Source: an uncultured Acidobacteriota bacterium (GTDB lineage: Bacteria; Acidobacteriota; Terriglobia; UBA7540). From it: 64,000 bases of DNA. The notes under the pieces were generated by a model that searched no databases, was not told the DNA's origin, and saw nothing but the letters and a program-made list of their open reading frames with translations. The stretch lies in contig CAWDSK010000006.1 in NCBI GenBank assembly GCA_963804995.1, positions 1,024,001 through 1,088,000 on the forward strand, given 5' to 3'. This document shows, in pieces, positions 28,673 to 39,665 of this stretch (position 1 is the stretch's first letter; each line of letters begins with the position of its first letter). Position numbers and translations under genes: made by a program.

Positions 28673-29599
28673 CTATCGCCTGTGCCTTGCCCCACCCGCC
28701 AAAGGCTTCTCTGGTGGGTGGGCGTTGTACGCAGCATTCGCTGTGACGATAAACTCCGCCATTCCTCGGCACAGGTCCTCTCGGCGGATGGGGCGGGCCA
28801 GATTGAACGTGACGAGCCTCTCTTCTTGTCCCGGCCACCCAAAGTGGATTCGATCTCGCCGCCCCACCATGCCATTCAGAAATGCCACCTCTGCCTTCAG
28901 TGGCTTCGAGTTATCACAGAGCACGTCAAGAACTTGGTGTTGTTCGGCCCACGCGCAGAGGAGCGTATACAAAGACGTAAATGTTAAGTCCAGAACCCAG
29001 TTCTGTATACCCTCCATACCCCGAATGGAGGTCACCTCCTCATCAGTATGGCGTCGATTTAAAAAAGCAAATGTCGTGATCATATTTATCACGTCGTCAG
29101 CTTCCACCAGGACGACTTCTTTGCGAGGAAGCGGACCCATCTTGGTTGGGTCTAGCTCACGCATCATTTGAGAGAACTCTACAAAAAGCTGCTCGGCGGA
29201 CTGGGGCCTCGCCACGAACCAGACGTACAGAACCATGCTGATAAATCGGTGAAAGTTGATCTGGTAGTAGATTGAGTTGCAATCCGAAAAGCAGGGCTCG
29301 AAAATGTACTCAAAGAACTTAGAAGCCAGTGCGAATTTCTTCAAGTGAAAGACAATCTTCGCGTGAGGTCCTGCGGCCTTGATCAAAAATGAGACAGCGT
29401 TGCGCCCGCCAGGGGTCTTAAGAAGACGGCTTCCTTTGAGCTCATTTCCTTGGAGCCGAAAGTCGCGAATGGCCTTGTCCGCCAACGCCCGGGCTTCATC
29501 GGGCTCCATGGCGAGGGTAGCGAACACAAAGAACGCTTGCTCGCTGTCCAAAAGGTTGTTCCCACTGAATCCGGACTCGTCACAATAGATAGTAGCCAT
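28673..29599 (-). pseudogene. DUF3800-like protein, probably C-terminally truncated or chimeric
   Basis: N-terminal IYCDESG and ELKG; the expected C-terminal QxAD motif is absent. Confidence 0.6.
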
Positions 29600-29954
29600 A
29601 ACTGCCCATACGAAGTGACCGACGCGGAGTCGCTAGTGTTGCTTCGTGGGTGACAAAATACACCCAAGCCGTCCGCTCATGCAATCGGAAGCACGACGCC
29701 AAAGGACTTGAATTCAATTTGATGGGAACCGCCTTTTTGGCCGACGTGGCGCCCGGTGGTTCCGGGTGTATGGTCGGGCACTCGGAAACTATCCGGAAAG
29801 GGGGTTCTGGGAATTAGCTCCTGGGTTGTCGCCCCAGCGTTTACCGATCCACGCAACTCTGGAGGGTTGACGGGGGAAAACAAATCACCTGGCTGGTAAC
29901 GGCGGGGGTCTGCGCCAGCAAATCCAAAATCGAAAATCTGAAATTTAAAACCCC

Positions 29955-31028
29955 CTACCCCACTTTTGGCGTAATCCCACCCGCTTTGACGACTTCTTCC
30001 GCCAGGTGATTGACTACCTTGGAGCGGTTGCGGAGCATCTCGATGTAGGCAGCTTTGAGCAGTTGCTCCTTTTCGTTGCGCAAAGTCTGCCGGATAGCGC
30101 TCTGCACGCGCAGGTCGGCAAGGGTATGCTGGCCCGCCTCTTCGACGCCCATGAGCTTGATGATGTGGAACCCGCCGCTCGAGTGAATGATGGGTGACAT
30201 CTGGCCAACCTTGAGCGATGTGACCATTTGCTTCAACTGCGGCGAGGAGTTGAGCGCGGAAGCGGGAATAAAACCCATGTCGCCGCCGCCCGCCGCCGTA
30301 CGCGGGTCCTCAGAGTACTCCTGAGCCACCGTACCGAAATCTTCTCCGGTCTGAAGGCGCGCATACAACGCCGCGATTTTGCGCTCGGCCGCCTGCGGCG
30401 TCTTGGCGTCGTCATTCTTCAGGTTGCGGATCTCCGCGTCCGGAACCGGCGTCACTTGGATTTGCGCAATGTGGTAGGTGGTCTCGGCCACATTGAAATT
30501 CGCTTTGTTCTTGTCGAAGTAAGTGCTGATTTCCGCGTCGGTGACATTGATGCGCGAGACAATTTCTTTGTTGAACAGCTTGGAAATGATAATGCCCTCG
30601 CGGACTTGCTGACGGAGAGCGTCGGCGTCCATTCCCTGCTCCTGGAGTTTCTTCTGGAACTCCTCCTTGGTATAGGGGCTCTTAAGCTCCGCCACCTTGG
30701 AATCGATCTCGGCCTCCGAAGCGGTAATTCGCGAGTGCGAGGCGTGCGTCACCAGAATCTGGTTATTGATAAGTTCGTTCAAGATATTCAGCTTGAAGCT
30801 CGCCGCCTCCTCGGGGCTGGCAGCATCCGTACCTTGGACCGTGCGACCGCGGTAAACGCGATCCACCTGCTCGCGGTAAATGGGCTGGGAGTCTACCTCA
30901 GCCCAGACTTCGTGGCCCGGCGCCACCTTGGGTGTGCAGCCCGGCAGCAGAGCGAGCCCGCCGAGGAGGGCCAACACGGGGGCTCTTACGATAGAATTAC
31001 GATAACGGTTGAGATTGTTCATGCGCAT
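29955..31028 (-). CDS. SurA/PrsA-like parvulin peptidyl-prolyl isomerase, probable lipoprotein
   Basis: LLPGC lipobox-like site, SurA-N helices, FGTVAQEYSED...GGDMGF...GFHIIK. Confidence 0.9.
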   Translation of the reverse strand: MRMNNLNRYRNSIVRAPVLALLGGLALLPGCTPKVAPGHEVWAEVDSQPIYREQVDRVYRGRTVQGTDAASPEEAASFKLNILNELINNQILVTHASHSRITASEAEIDSKVAELKSPYTKEEFQKKLQEQGMDADALRQQVREGIIISKLFNKEIVSRINVTDAEISTYFDKNKANFNVAETTYHIAQIQVTPVPDAEIRNLKNDDAKTPQAAERKIAALYARLQTGEDFGTVAQEYSEDPRTAAGGGDMGFIPASALNSSPQLKQMVTSLKVGQMSPIIHSSGGFHIIKLMGVEEAGQHTLADLRVQSAIRQTLRNEKEQLLKAAYIEMLRNRSKVVNHLAEEVVKAGGITPKVG

Positions 31029-31129
31029 ATTGTAACTCGCGCAGCGGATTCCAGGTGGCAAAATCGCGGCAGTCTGGTAGAATGAAGGATTGTCGAAGTC
31101 CAGTCGTTTAGATCAAGAGAGGTGCGGCA

Positions 31130-31321
31130 ATGGCTCGTACGTGTGACCTTTGCGGAAAAGGTCCCCAATATGGAAATCGAATCAGTCACGCGCACAACGT
31201 AACGAAACGCCGCTGGAACCCCAACCTGCGGCGCGTCCATGCACTGGTCAAGGGCACTCACAAAACCGTCAACGCCTGCACGGCGTGCATTCGCTCGGGA
31301 AAAGTCACCAAGATCAAGTAG
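31130..31321 (+). CDS. rpmB: 50S ribosomal protein L28
   Basis: [33 protein letters not shown]. Confidence 0.97.
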   Translation: MARTCDLCGKGPQYGNRISHAHNVTKRRWNPNLRRVHALVKGTHKTVNACTACIRSGKVTKIK

Positions 31322-31377
31322 CTCCGCATTCCCGGTCTTCAGGCAGTGCCAACGAAAAGCGCCGCCGGTGTTGGTGA

Positions 31378-31764
31378 TCAGCCTTCCACTTCGGCTACCA
31401 CATCAATTTCAATGGCCGCGTCGCGTGGCAGGCGCGCCGCTTGCAGCGTGGACCGCGCCGGCGGGCAGTCGCCAAAAAAGTGCGCGTACACCTCATTCAT
31501 TTTTCCGAAATCCCCCAGATCCTTCAAGTAAACCGTGGTTTTCAGAACCTGCGCCAGGCTTGATCCCGCCGACTGGAGAACCGCCGCGAGATTCTGTAAC
31601 ACGCGCTCGGTTTGGACCGCGGTGTCGCCTACCACGACCTGGCCCGTAACGGGATCAAGAGGGATCTGCCCCGAGACGAAAAGCAGATTGCCGCACCGAA
31701 TCGCTTGCGAGTAGGGGCCGATAGGGGCCGGCGCTTGGGTGGTGAAGATGGTTTGTTTACTCAC
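31378..31764 (-). CDS. RidA/YjgF family enamine deaminase
   Basis: APAPIGPYSQA, SGQIP, PARS and IEID; GTG after GGAGG. Confidence 0.95.
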   Translation of the reverse strand: MSKQTIFTTQAPAPIGPYSQAIRCGNLLFVSGQIPLDPVTGQVVVGDTAVQTERVLQNLAAVLQSAGSSLAQVLKTTVYLKDLGDFGKMNEVYAHFFGDCPPARSTLQAARLPRDAAIEIDVVAEVEG

Positions 31765-32301
31765 ATGGTCCTCCGAGGGTGGAATGAAACCCGAAGACAT
31801 TCTAAGCGCTGGGGTTGAAGCCGCGCAAAAAGATTTGTGGGTTGGTTCCGTAGAGACTGGCTTTAGAAATGCTCATGGTTCTTCCTCCGGGATTATTTAT
31901 TCCAGAAAATTAGTAGCAGCGCAGAGCAGCGAAGCCGCAACCAAACTAGAAAAGGCGCTGTTAGTTCCATAGTTTGGTGCAGGTCCGCTCAACGGGTGGT
32001 GAAGTAACCCCTCACCCGTCCCGCCCCGGCTGATGAAAACGCCGGCGGCGGTCCACCCTCTCCCCTCGGAGAGGGCGGTTTGACTTCCAACCTTCTCCCA
32101 GGGGTCGCAGATTCCGCCGTGGCGGGAGAAGGTGCTGAGGGACGAAGCGGATGAGGGGTTCCTTGGATGGAAGTCACGACTTTCAATGCGCACCCCAAAA
32201 TGTTTGCTAAAAAAACAAGAATATACGGTATTGCGAGGCAGAGTCTGGTTATTCAGAGACCCTGCTAGCCCCTACACGCCCGGTGAGCAGGCGACCTGGG
32301 C

Positions 32302-34465
32302 TCAGGTATGCGGCGCACGCTCGACCTGAAAGACGCCATCAATTTTGCCCAAGGAGGAGAGAATCTTCTTCGAGGTGATCAACATCAACAATGTCGACGG
32401 TGACCTCAATGTTGGCGCGATTGTCGCCGGTGCGCGCCTCGATGTTCTGGATATTGGAATGTACCCCCGCAATGGCTGAGGTAACATCTGCCAGCAGGCC
32501 CTGGCGGTCTTCGGTAACCAGCATGAGCTTGACCGGATAGAGTGCATATTTGGGTCCCACCCACTCCACGTCGATGCGCCGGTCGGCGTCGTAAAGTAAA
32601 TTCTGAACATTGGAGCAGTGCTTGGCGTGCACGGCGATACCTTTGCCGCGCGTAATGTAACCGATGATAGTCTCACCGCGCACGGGATTGCAGCACTTGG
32701 CGCGATAGACCATCAGGTCGTTGTGCCCATCGACCTGGATGGCGATTTCCGAGGCCATGCCAAAGACGCGTTTGAAGGAAGTGCTGAGGCGCGAGGCCTG
32801 GGCGGGTTCAAGCTTGGCCGTGGGCGCGAGCTTGGAAAGGACTTGGCGAGCTGCGAACTTTCCGTACCCGATGCCGGCGTAGAGGTTGTCAGCCGTGGTA
32901 CAGCCGTAATCACGCGCCACGCGGGCATAGTCTTCGTCCGCAACCTTCTTCAGACCGATATCGAATTTGCGCGCCTCTCTTTCCAGCAAACGTCTGCCAA
33001 TCTCAAGCGCCTGCTTGCGCTGCGCCACGTTGATCCAGTGCTTGATCTTGTTGCGCGCCCGCGAAGTCTTGGCCAGCCCCAGCCAGTCGCGGCTGGGAGC
33101 GTGGTTGGTCTGCGTGACAATCTCAACAATGTCGCCGTTGCGCATCCGGTATTTGAGCGGCACGATGCGGCCGTTCACCTTGGCGCCCACGCAATGATGT
33201 CCGACCTCGGTGTGGATGGCATAGGCGAAGTCGATGGGCGTGGCGTCACGCGGCAAGACAATGACTTTCCCTTTGGGCGTGAAGGTGTACACCTCTTCGG
33301 GGTAGAGGTCGATTTTTAGGGTGGAGAGAAACTCGCCGGGGTCACGAATCTCCTGCTGCCACTCCACCAGGTGGCGTAGCCAGGCGAAACGCTCTTCGTC
33401 CTGCTGGGTGGGGGGGCGCCCGTCCTTGTACTTCCAGTGCGCGGCGATGCCCTCCTCCGCGATGCGATGCATTTCCTCGGTGCGAATCTGCACCTCAAAG
33501 GGCTGGCCATGCGGGCCGATGACGGAGGTGTGTAGCGACTGGTAGAGGTTCGGGCGGGGAATGGCGATGAAATCCTTGATGCGGCCGGGGACTGGCCGCC
33601 AGGTGTTATGAATAATGCCCAACGCGGCGTAACAATTCTTGACGTTATCCGTGACGATGCGGATGGCAAGCAGGTCGTATACCTGTTCAATCGAAATATG
33701 CTGGCGGCGCAGTTTCTGCCAGATGCTGTAGAGGCGCTTGATGCGGCCCTCGACGTGGGCGGGAATATTCACCTCCTTCATCTTGGCCTCCACTTGCTCT
33801 CGCACTTCGGCCAGGAATTCATCGCTCACTTTACGCCGGCTTTCCACGGCGCTCTTGAGTTCCTCAAACGCATCGGGCTCCAGGTGGCGGAACGAAAGGT
33901 CTTCCAGCTCGCCGCGCACCTTTCCCATGCCCAGGCGGTGAGCGATGGGCGCGTAGATTTCCAGGGTCTCGCGCGCTATCCGTTCACGGCGGTCCGGCGG
34001 CAGGAATTCCAGCGTGCGCATGTTGTGCAGACGGTCCGCGAGCTTGACCAGGACGACGCGGATATCGTCCACCATAGCCAGAACCATCTTGCGGTAGTTT
34101 TCAGCCTGTTGTTCCTCCGGGCTCAGAAACTTGATCCTACTGATTTTGGTGACGCCTTCCACGATGCGCGCTACTTCCGCGCCGAAGTCCTGGCGCACGA
34201 GTTCGGGTGTAGTGCGCGTGTCTTCAATCACGTCGTGCAGCATGCCCGCGGTGAGACAAACCGGATCCATTTTCATGCCCGCCAGGATGTGCACGACTTC
34301 CAAGGGGTGCGAAATGAACGGCTCCCCGGAAAGGCGTTTCTGGTCAGCATGTTTGGAGGCGGTGAATTCGTAAGCCTTGCGGAGCACGGACAGGTCTTCA
34401 CCCGGGCGGTAGGACTGCACTTGTCGCAGGATGTCCTCAAATTGGACCATGACCTTAACTGCCAT
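32302..34465 (-). CDS. relA: Bifunctional (p)ppGpp synthetase/hydrolase, +1 frameshift near 32370 in the ACT domain
   Basis: HD domain (LHDVIED), synthetase (YQSLHT, EVQIRT), TGS, CC and ACT domains; the last residues (KILSSLGKIDGVFQVER) are in the shifted frame. Confidence 0.93.
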
Positions 34466-34507
34466 TCTAACAGGTTGCAGGGGAACGGTGTAGCTGGGGT
34501 GGCGGGC

Positions 34508-34614
34508 GGTAGTGTCTTAGTTTGATGTAGCGGCGAGTTTACCTCGCCATATGGCGGCGTCCCGATCAGATCGGGATGAATGCCGCCGCCGCTACATCAA
34601 ATTGAGACACTACC
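34508..34614. repeat. Long inverted-repeat element enclosing the 69-bp GTAG element
   Basis: GGTAGTGTCTTAGTTTGATGTAGCGGCG ... CGCCGCTACATCAAATTGAGACACTACC (28-bp arms, 2 mismatches). Confidence 0.8.
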
Positions 34615-34627
34615 TGGCGGGTTACTG

Positions 34628-34684
34628 AAAGAACGAAGGCCGGATTCAACTCTTCCCCCCGGGGGTCGAGACGAATCCGGCCTG
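34628..34684 (-). terminator. Probable intrinsic terminator after the TPR gene
   Basis: AGGCCGGATTC...GAATCCGGCCT stem followed by a pyrimidine-rich tract on the minus strand. Confidence 0.5.
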
Positions 34685-34709
34685 AAACTCACGTTGCCTG
34701 AAGTTCGGT

Positions 34710-35522
34710 CTACTGTGCCGCAGTGGCAGCGGCAGCGGTGGCTCCGGCCTTCTTAGCTGCGAGCGCCTTGTCCATCCAATCGTTGGCCGACTTCAAATCT
34801 TCCTGCCGGCCGTCCGAGTCGGGATCGATCTCCGCCTTTTGGCGATACATCAGGTTGAGATAAACCATCGTATCGGAATCATTAGGCTTGAGCTCGATAG
34901 CTTTCGACAGCGCCTTGATGCCCTCATCCACCAGCGGCCCATTCTTTTCCGACAGGCCGGCGAGCTCCTTCTTCGGAATAGGCTGCATGATATCCGGGTG
35001 ATTGGGATCCTTAGGGAAGTCGATATGGAGATTCTTCCGCACCTCTTGCGCCCGGGGGAAGCAAGCGGCCCAATCCAGCACGCCGATCCAGTAATAGGGC
35101 TCGGGGTTGTTAGGTTCCAACTTCAATCTTTGCTGTTGGAAGTCCTTCGCCTTGTCGAAATCCTTCATGTTGTAATAGATCTGGGCGATGCTGGCGAGGG
35201 CCGTGGTGTTGGCCGGATCCATCTTCAGCACGTCCTGGAAAGCCTCGATCGCCTGTTGGGCGATCTTGGTATTGTCCGGCGAGTCTCCACCGGGGACGTA
35301 CTGTTGGGCATAAGCTGTGGCGAGATAAAGCCGGGCGTTCAGAAGGGTCGGGTCAAGGGCCACAGCGTTCTTGAAATTCATGATAGCTTGCTGGAACTGC
35401 GCGTTGCGGTAAGCCGCGACTCCTTTATTAAGCTGGTCGCGAGCCTTCAATTTGCTGCACCCGCACGAAGCGACCACTAGCAGCAGCGCCCCGCAAAGCG
35501 GGACGAGCTTGTAAAGTTTCAT
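34710..35522 (-). CDS. Tetratricopeptide repeat protein, exported
   Basis: Signal/lipobox-like N-terminus and multiple TPR-like helices. Confidence 0.85.
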   Translation of the reverse strand: MKLYKLVPLCGALLLVVASCGCSKLKARDQLNKGVAAYRNAQFQQAIMNFKNAVALDPTLLNARLYLATAYAQQYVPGGDSPDNTKIAQQAIEAFQDVLKMDPANTTALASIAQIYYNMKDFDKAKDFQQQRLKLEPNNPEPYYWIGVLDWAACFPRAQEVRKNLHIDFPKDPNHPDIMQPIPKKELAGLSEKNGPLVDEGIKALSKAIELKPNDSDTMVYLNLMYRQKAEIDPDSDGRQEDLKSANDWMDKALAAKKAGATAAAATAAQ

Positions 35523-35556
35523 CTGGGTTCCTCCGTCACCCCAGGCAGGTGAGGAA

Positions 35557-35988
35557 CTACGAGCCTTCCTCGACCGCCTTGGTAATTAACCCAATCTTGT
35601 CGATCCCTGCCCCCTTGGCGACGTCAATAATCGCGGCGATCGCCCCAAAGGGCAAACTAGGATCACCCTTCACGAACATCACACGTTCGTTGCGGGTTTT
35701 GAAAATGTCCTCGAGCCTTGGACCGAGCGCGCTGATGGTAGTATCTTCCTGATTGATCTTAATTCGGCGTTCCGCGTCGATGCTGACCACCACGGTGCGG
35801 TTGATAACGTCCTCATTAACCGGCTTGTCCTTCGGGCTCGGTTGAGGGACGAGCGCGTCCAGTCCTTTAGGTGTCAATGGTGTGATCACCATAAAGATGA
35901 TGATCAGCACCAGTAAGACATCGATAAGTGGGGTAATATTCATGTCCACAATCGGACCTTTCTTGCTACCCCCTACGGCCATAGCCAT
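35557..35988 (-). CDS. ExbD/TolR family protein
   Basis: NITPLIDVLLVLIIIFM. Confidence 0.93.
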   Translation of the reverse strand: MAMAVGGSKKGPIVDMNITPLIDVLLVLIIIFMVITPLTPKGLDALVPQPSPKDKPVNEDVINRTVVVSIDAERRIKINQEDTTISALGPRLEDIFKTRNERVMFVKGDPSLPFGAIAAIIDVAKGAGIDKIGLITKAVEEGS

Positions 35989-36042
35989 AGTACTACCCTC
36001 CTTCGGGTTTAGCGAACCGAGCCCAGCGTTCCAGGCGCGCGC

Positions 36043-36492
36043 CTACTGCACGGCTCCTGAAACCGCCCCCGGGCCTTTGTGTTCAACTTTCTCGGTGAGC
36101 AGACCCAGGGAGTCCACTCCCGCAGCGCGGACGGCATCCACCACGGAGACGACGTCGCCGTACTTTGCTTGCGAGTCGCTTTTGACGTAGACCGTCTTAT
36201 CCAACTTGCTGGAAATCCGGTCCTTCACCGTGGGAGTAATCGAATCCAGGGTGACTTTGTCGGGACCCAGGTAGATCTTGCCGTCCCGTGTAATCGCCAG
36301 CAACACAGCGTCTTCCTTGTCGGCGTCCGCCATGGCGCGGGGATTCTGGACTTTTGCCAAGTCCACGCTGACGCCCTTCTGCAACAAGGGCGTGATCACC
36401 ATGAAGATGATCAGCAGTACCAGCATCACATCCGCCATGGGGGTCACGTTAATATCCGAGACTGCCCCAAGCGACGAGGTTCTCTTGGCCAT
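36043..36492 (-). CDS. ExbD/TolR family protein
   Basis: INVTPMADVMLVLLIIFM. Confidence 0.93.
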   Translation of the reverse strand: MAKRTSSLGAVSDINVTPMADVMLVLLIIFMVITPLLQKGVSVDLAKVQNPRAMADADKEDAVLLAITRDGKIYLGPDKVTLDSITPTVKDRISSKLDKTVYVKSDSQAKYGDVVSVVDAVRAAGVDSLGLLTEKVEHKGPGAVSGAVQ

Positions 36493-37230
36493 TTACTTCT
36501 TCCCCCGTGACGTCCGCTTGATGAAGTAGTCAATCAATTCGGACGAAGAGTTATCCATCTCGACGTCGAACGATTCGATCTTGCTGATGAAGTAGTTGTA
36601 AATCCACACGGCGGGGATGGCGACAAACAAGCCGACGGCGGTGGTAACCAGGGCTTCCGCGATACCGCCGGCGACGGCTGCCAAGCCCGTGGACTTCGCC
36701 GAGGAGATTCCTTCAAACGCGTGGATGATGCCCAGCACGGTGCCGAACAGGCCCACGAAAGGCGCGGTGGAACCGATGGTGGCGAGGCTGGAAACCCCGC
36801 GCTTCAATTCCGCGTGCACGATCGCTGAGGCCCGCTCCAGAGCGCGCTTGGAAGCCTCAATGGTCTCGCCGGGGATCTCCGCAGACACCTGATGTGCCTG
36901 GAATTCCTGCAGACCTGCGGTGACCACCTTCGCCAGGTGGCTCCGCTTGTTCTGCTCGGCGATGGAGATGGCTTCGTCAATTTTGCCGTCCTTCAGCGCG
37001 CCCGCTACCGCCGGGGCGAAAACCCGCGACTGCTTGCGAGCCGAACTGAAGGCAATCCAACGATCGATCATGACCCCGATCGACCAGGCCGACATGACGA
37101 ACAGGACGATCACGACCGTGCGGGCCGGCCAACCCATCGATCGCCACATGGAAACGGGGTCGAACCCCACTGTTTCCTGTGCTTCCTGGAACAACCAAAG
37201 ACCCAGAGCAAAAAGGTTTGCCGCTACCAT
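36493..37230 (-). CDS. MotA/TolQ/ExbB proton channel
   Basis: [17 protein letters not shown]...[10 protein letters not shown]. Confidence 0.95.
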   Translation of the reverse strand: MVAANLFALGLWLFQEAQETVGFDPVSMWRSMGWPARTVVIVLFVMSAWSIGVMIDRWIAFSSARKQSRVFAPAVAGALKDGKIDEAISIAEQNKRSHLAKVVTAGLQEFQAHQVSAEIPGETIEASKRALERASAIVHAELKRGVSSLATIGSTAPFVGLFGTVLGIIHAFEGISSAKSTGLAAVAGGIAEALVTTAVGLFVAIPAVWIYNYFISKIESFDVEMDNSSSELIDYFIKRTSRGKK

Positions 37231-37272
37231 AATGTTGTGTTCCCTCCTCGAAATTTTTCTAACATCTTCTGA

Positions 37273-38316
37273 CTATTCCGCTAACGTGAAATTCACATCG
37301 ATCTCGGTGACCACTTCCACCGGCTCACCGTTCAGCAGTGTCGGTTGATAGCGCCAGCGCTGCACGGCTTCGAGAGCCGATTTGACCAGCAACGGGTGGC
37401 CGTTCATCACTTTCAAATCCTGAATCGTACCGTCTTTACTGATGATGGCCTCCAGCCGCACCGTGCCCTGAATGCGTGCCATCTTCGCCAGGGGTGGATA
37501 CTCCGGTTTAGGCTGGAAGATCAATTTCGCAGATTCCACCTGACCGCCTACCCGAATACGCTTGGGGGCTACGGCCTTGGGCGGGGGCGGGGGTGGGGGT
37601 GCAGCAGCCGAAAGGGCGCCACCAATCACGCCGCCTAGTACGCCGCCCAACTGTCCACCTGCCATGCCGCCCGGCACGCCGCCCACCACGCCAACCGCTC
37701 CGGAGGGGGCCTGCTCAGGCTCGTCCTTAATCTGGGCAATGGTCTTGGGGATAACCGTGGGAGCGCGCATGATGTCTTCGGCGCTGACATGATGAACAAT
37801 CTTAACCGGTACCGCCGCAGCCGGTGGAGGCGGCGGGGGGGGAGGTGGAGGTGGGGCCGCCAGGAAGGTCATCAACTGTGCCTTGGGTAAAGCCTCCGTG
37901 TAAATCAAGGGGTAAAGCACAGTGAGACCGACAATGATGACTTCCACCATGTAGGCAACCGGAAGAGTCGCCCGCTTCCAATCTCCGGTCTTGGCCGCCG
38001 AGTAGACCAGGTAGATGATAAAGCCTACCAGGGGCAAAAGCAGGTTGACCACGAACCACAAGCCACGGTTGAAACCGTAGCGCCCTGCGTCGGCCACGAC
38101 ATAGCAAAGAATCAGGGAAAAACCGGTGAGCACGACACCCAGAATCGTAGCCTGCGCAATGACCACCTTGGCCTCAGCCCCGAACGAAACCACGGGCAGC
38201 AAGAAGTACAATGCCAGGAACACGGCCACGCCAACACCAATCGAGATGAGCCAATGCTTCGTCTTTAAGATGGGCGCAGCCTTAGGCGAAGACTCCAGCA
38301 AGCTGTCTTCAAACAT
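37273..38316 (-). CDS. TonB family energy transducer with extra N-terminal TM helices
   Basis: Poly-Pro linker and TonB-C domain (PEYPPLAKMARIQGTV...WRYQP). Confidence 0.9.
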   Translation of the reverse strand: MFEDSLLESSPKAAPILKTKHWLISIGVGVAVFLALYFLLPVVSFGAEAKVVIAQATILGVVLTGFSLILCYVVADAGRYGFNRGLWFVVNLLLPLVGFIIYLVYSAAKTGDWKRATLPVAYMVEVIIVGLTVLYPLIYTEALPKAQLMTFLAAPPPPPPPPPPPAAAVPVKIVHHVSAEDIMRAPTVIPKTIAQIKDEPEQAPSGAVGVVGGVPGGMAGGQLGGVLGGVIGGALSAAAPPPPPPPKAVAPKRIRVGGQVESAKLIFQPKPEYPPLAKMARIQGTVRLEAIISKDGTIQDLKVMNGHPLLVKSALEAVQRWRYQPTLLNGEPVEVVTEIDVNFTLAE

Positions 38317-38353
38317 GGATTATAGCCTCCTCAAAAACTCTCCACGTTCCGAA

Positions 38354-39601
38354 TCAGCGCGAGGCCGCCCGGCCACTGGCAACGGGCCGCATTGGGCTCT
38401 CGCTTGAAACCTTGACCCTCTGACCTACTCCACCCTTACCGAAGCGCTGATAAAAATACACCACAACCGGGCTTGCGATAAAGATAGAAGAATAAGTGCC
38501 AATGATCACTCCCACCACCAGCGCGAAAGCGAAACCGTGGATGACTTCACCCCCGAACAGGTACAGGGAGAGAACGGCCAGGAAGGTCAGCCCTGAGGTC
38601 AGGATCGTCCGGCTCAGCGTTTGGTTAATGCTGTGGTTCACGAGGCTCGCGAACTCCTCGCGCTTGTTCAGGTGAACGTTCTCCCGAATTCGATCGAAAA
38701 CTACGATCGTGTCATTCATGGAGTAGCCCACTAGCGTCAACAAGGCCGCGATGACCGTCAGGGTGATTTCCTTATTCAGCAGGGAGAAAAATCCGAGTGT
38801 AATAATAACGTCGTGGAATGTGGCGATCACCGCCGCCACCCCATAGATTAACTCAAAGCGAAACCAAATGTAAATCAACATGGCGCCCAGGCCCGCCAAT
38901 GTTACATACACTGCCTGCCGGCGCAAGTCTTTTCCTACTTTGGGCCCCACAATTTCTGTGTTCTTTACAGCGTAGCTGGACAGGTAGAAATCGTTCGACA
39001 TCGCCGAGATGACCCCGGGCGTTGCGCCGTTCACGTTGCGCAAGTCGCCCAGATCCCCAATCAGGCCGCTGCGGGGGGGTGAGTTGCGGTAGCTGACCAT
39101 GGCCTCAGCAAGATCACGATACGTCTTGGTGGCCGTATCCATCCCTTTGGCCCCCAACCCCAAGGGATCGGCAGCGGTCAGGCGATCCGCCACCGTTTGC
39201 GGGCTGGCGTTGTTGAAGTCCACTTTCCCGGCTGGGCCGGCGCCATACAAACTGCCGAGACCGGTGATGATCGCCTGCTTGCCGGCGTCCAGCGCATTGT
39301 TGGAAGTAGTCGTTTGCAGGTCAAGCAAAATATTCACTTCGTGATCCGCCGGCGCCCCGTATCCTTGAATAGTAGCGTTGCGCAAATTCTGCTGATCCAG
39401 TTGGCGCCGGATGGCGTCAATATTCGGGGCCTTGGAGAACTTCACGTAAACCAGCGTGCCGCCACGGAAGTCAATTCCGTAAACCAACCCCCGGTGCGCC
39501 ACCATCGAGATAATCCCTATTAGTGCCAGGGCCAAAGAGAGGCAGATGAAGTACCACTTTATTCCCATCCAGTCAATCTTTGGTTCGTGAAAAAACTCCA
39601 T
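38354..39601 (-). CDS. secF: Protein translocase subunit SecF
   Basis: GIDFRGG and GYSMNDTIVVFDRIRE; ATG at 39601. Confidence 0.95.
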   Translation of the reverse strand: MEFFHEPKIDWMGIKWYFICLSLALALIGIISMVAHRGLVYGIDFRGGTLVYVKFSKAPNIDAIRRQLDQQNLRNATIQGYGAPADHEVNILLDLQTTTSNNALDAGKQAIITGLGSLYGAGPAGKVDFNNASPQTVADRLTAADPLGLGAKGMDTATKTYRDLAEAMVSYRNSPPRSGLIGDLGDLRNVNGATPGVISAMSNDFYLSSYAVKNTEIVGPKVGKDLRRQAVYVTLAGLGAMLIYIWFRFELIYGVAAVIATFHDVIITLGFFSLLNKEITLTVIAALLTLVGYSMNDTIVVFDRIRENVHLNKREEFASLVNHSINQTLSRTILTSGLTFLAVLSLYLFGGEVIHGFAFALVVGVIIGTYSSIFIASPVVVYFYQRFGKGGVGQRVKVSSESPMRPVASGRAASR

Positions 39602-39665
39602 GGGTTCGTACCCGTCTCCGCCGTTAGAATTGACACCGCACCCGTGCTTCAAGTTCCCAAATTTT

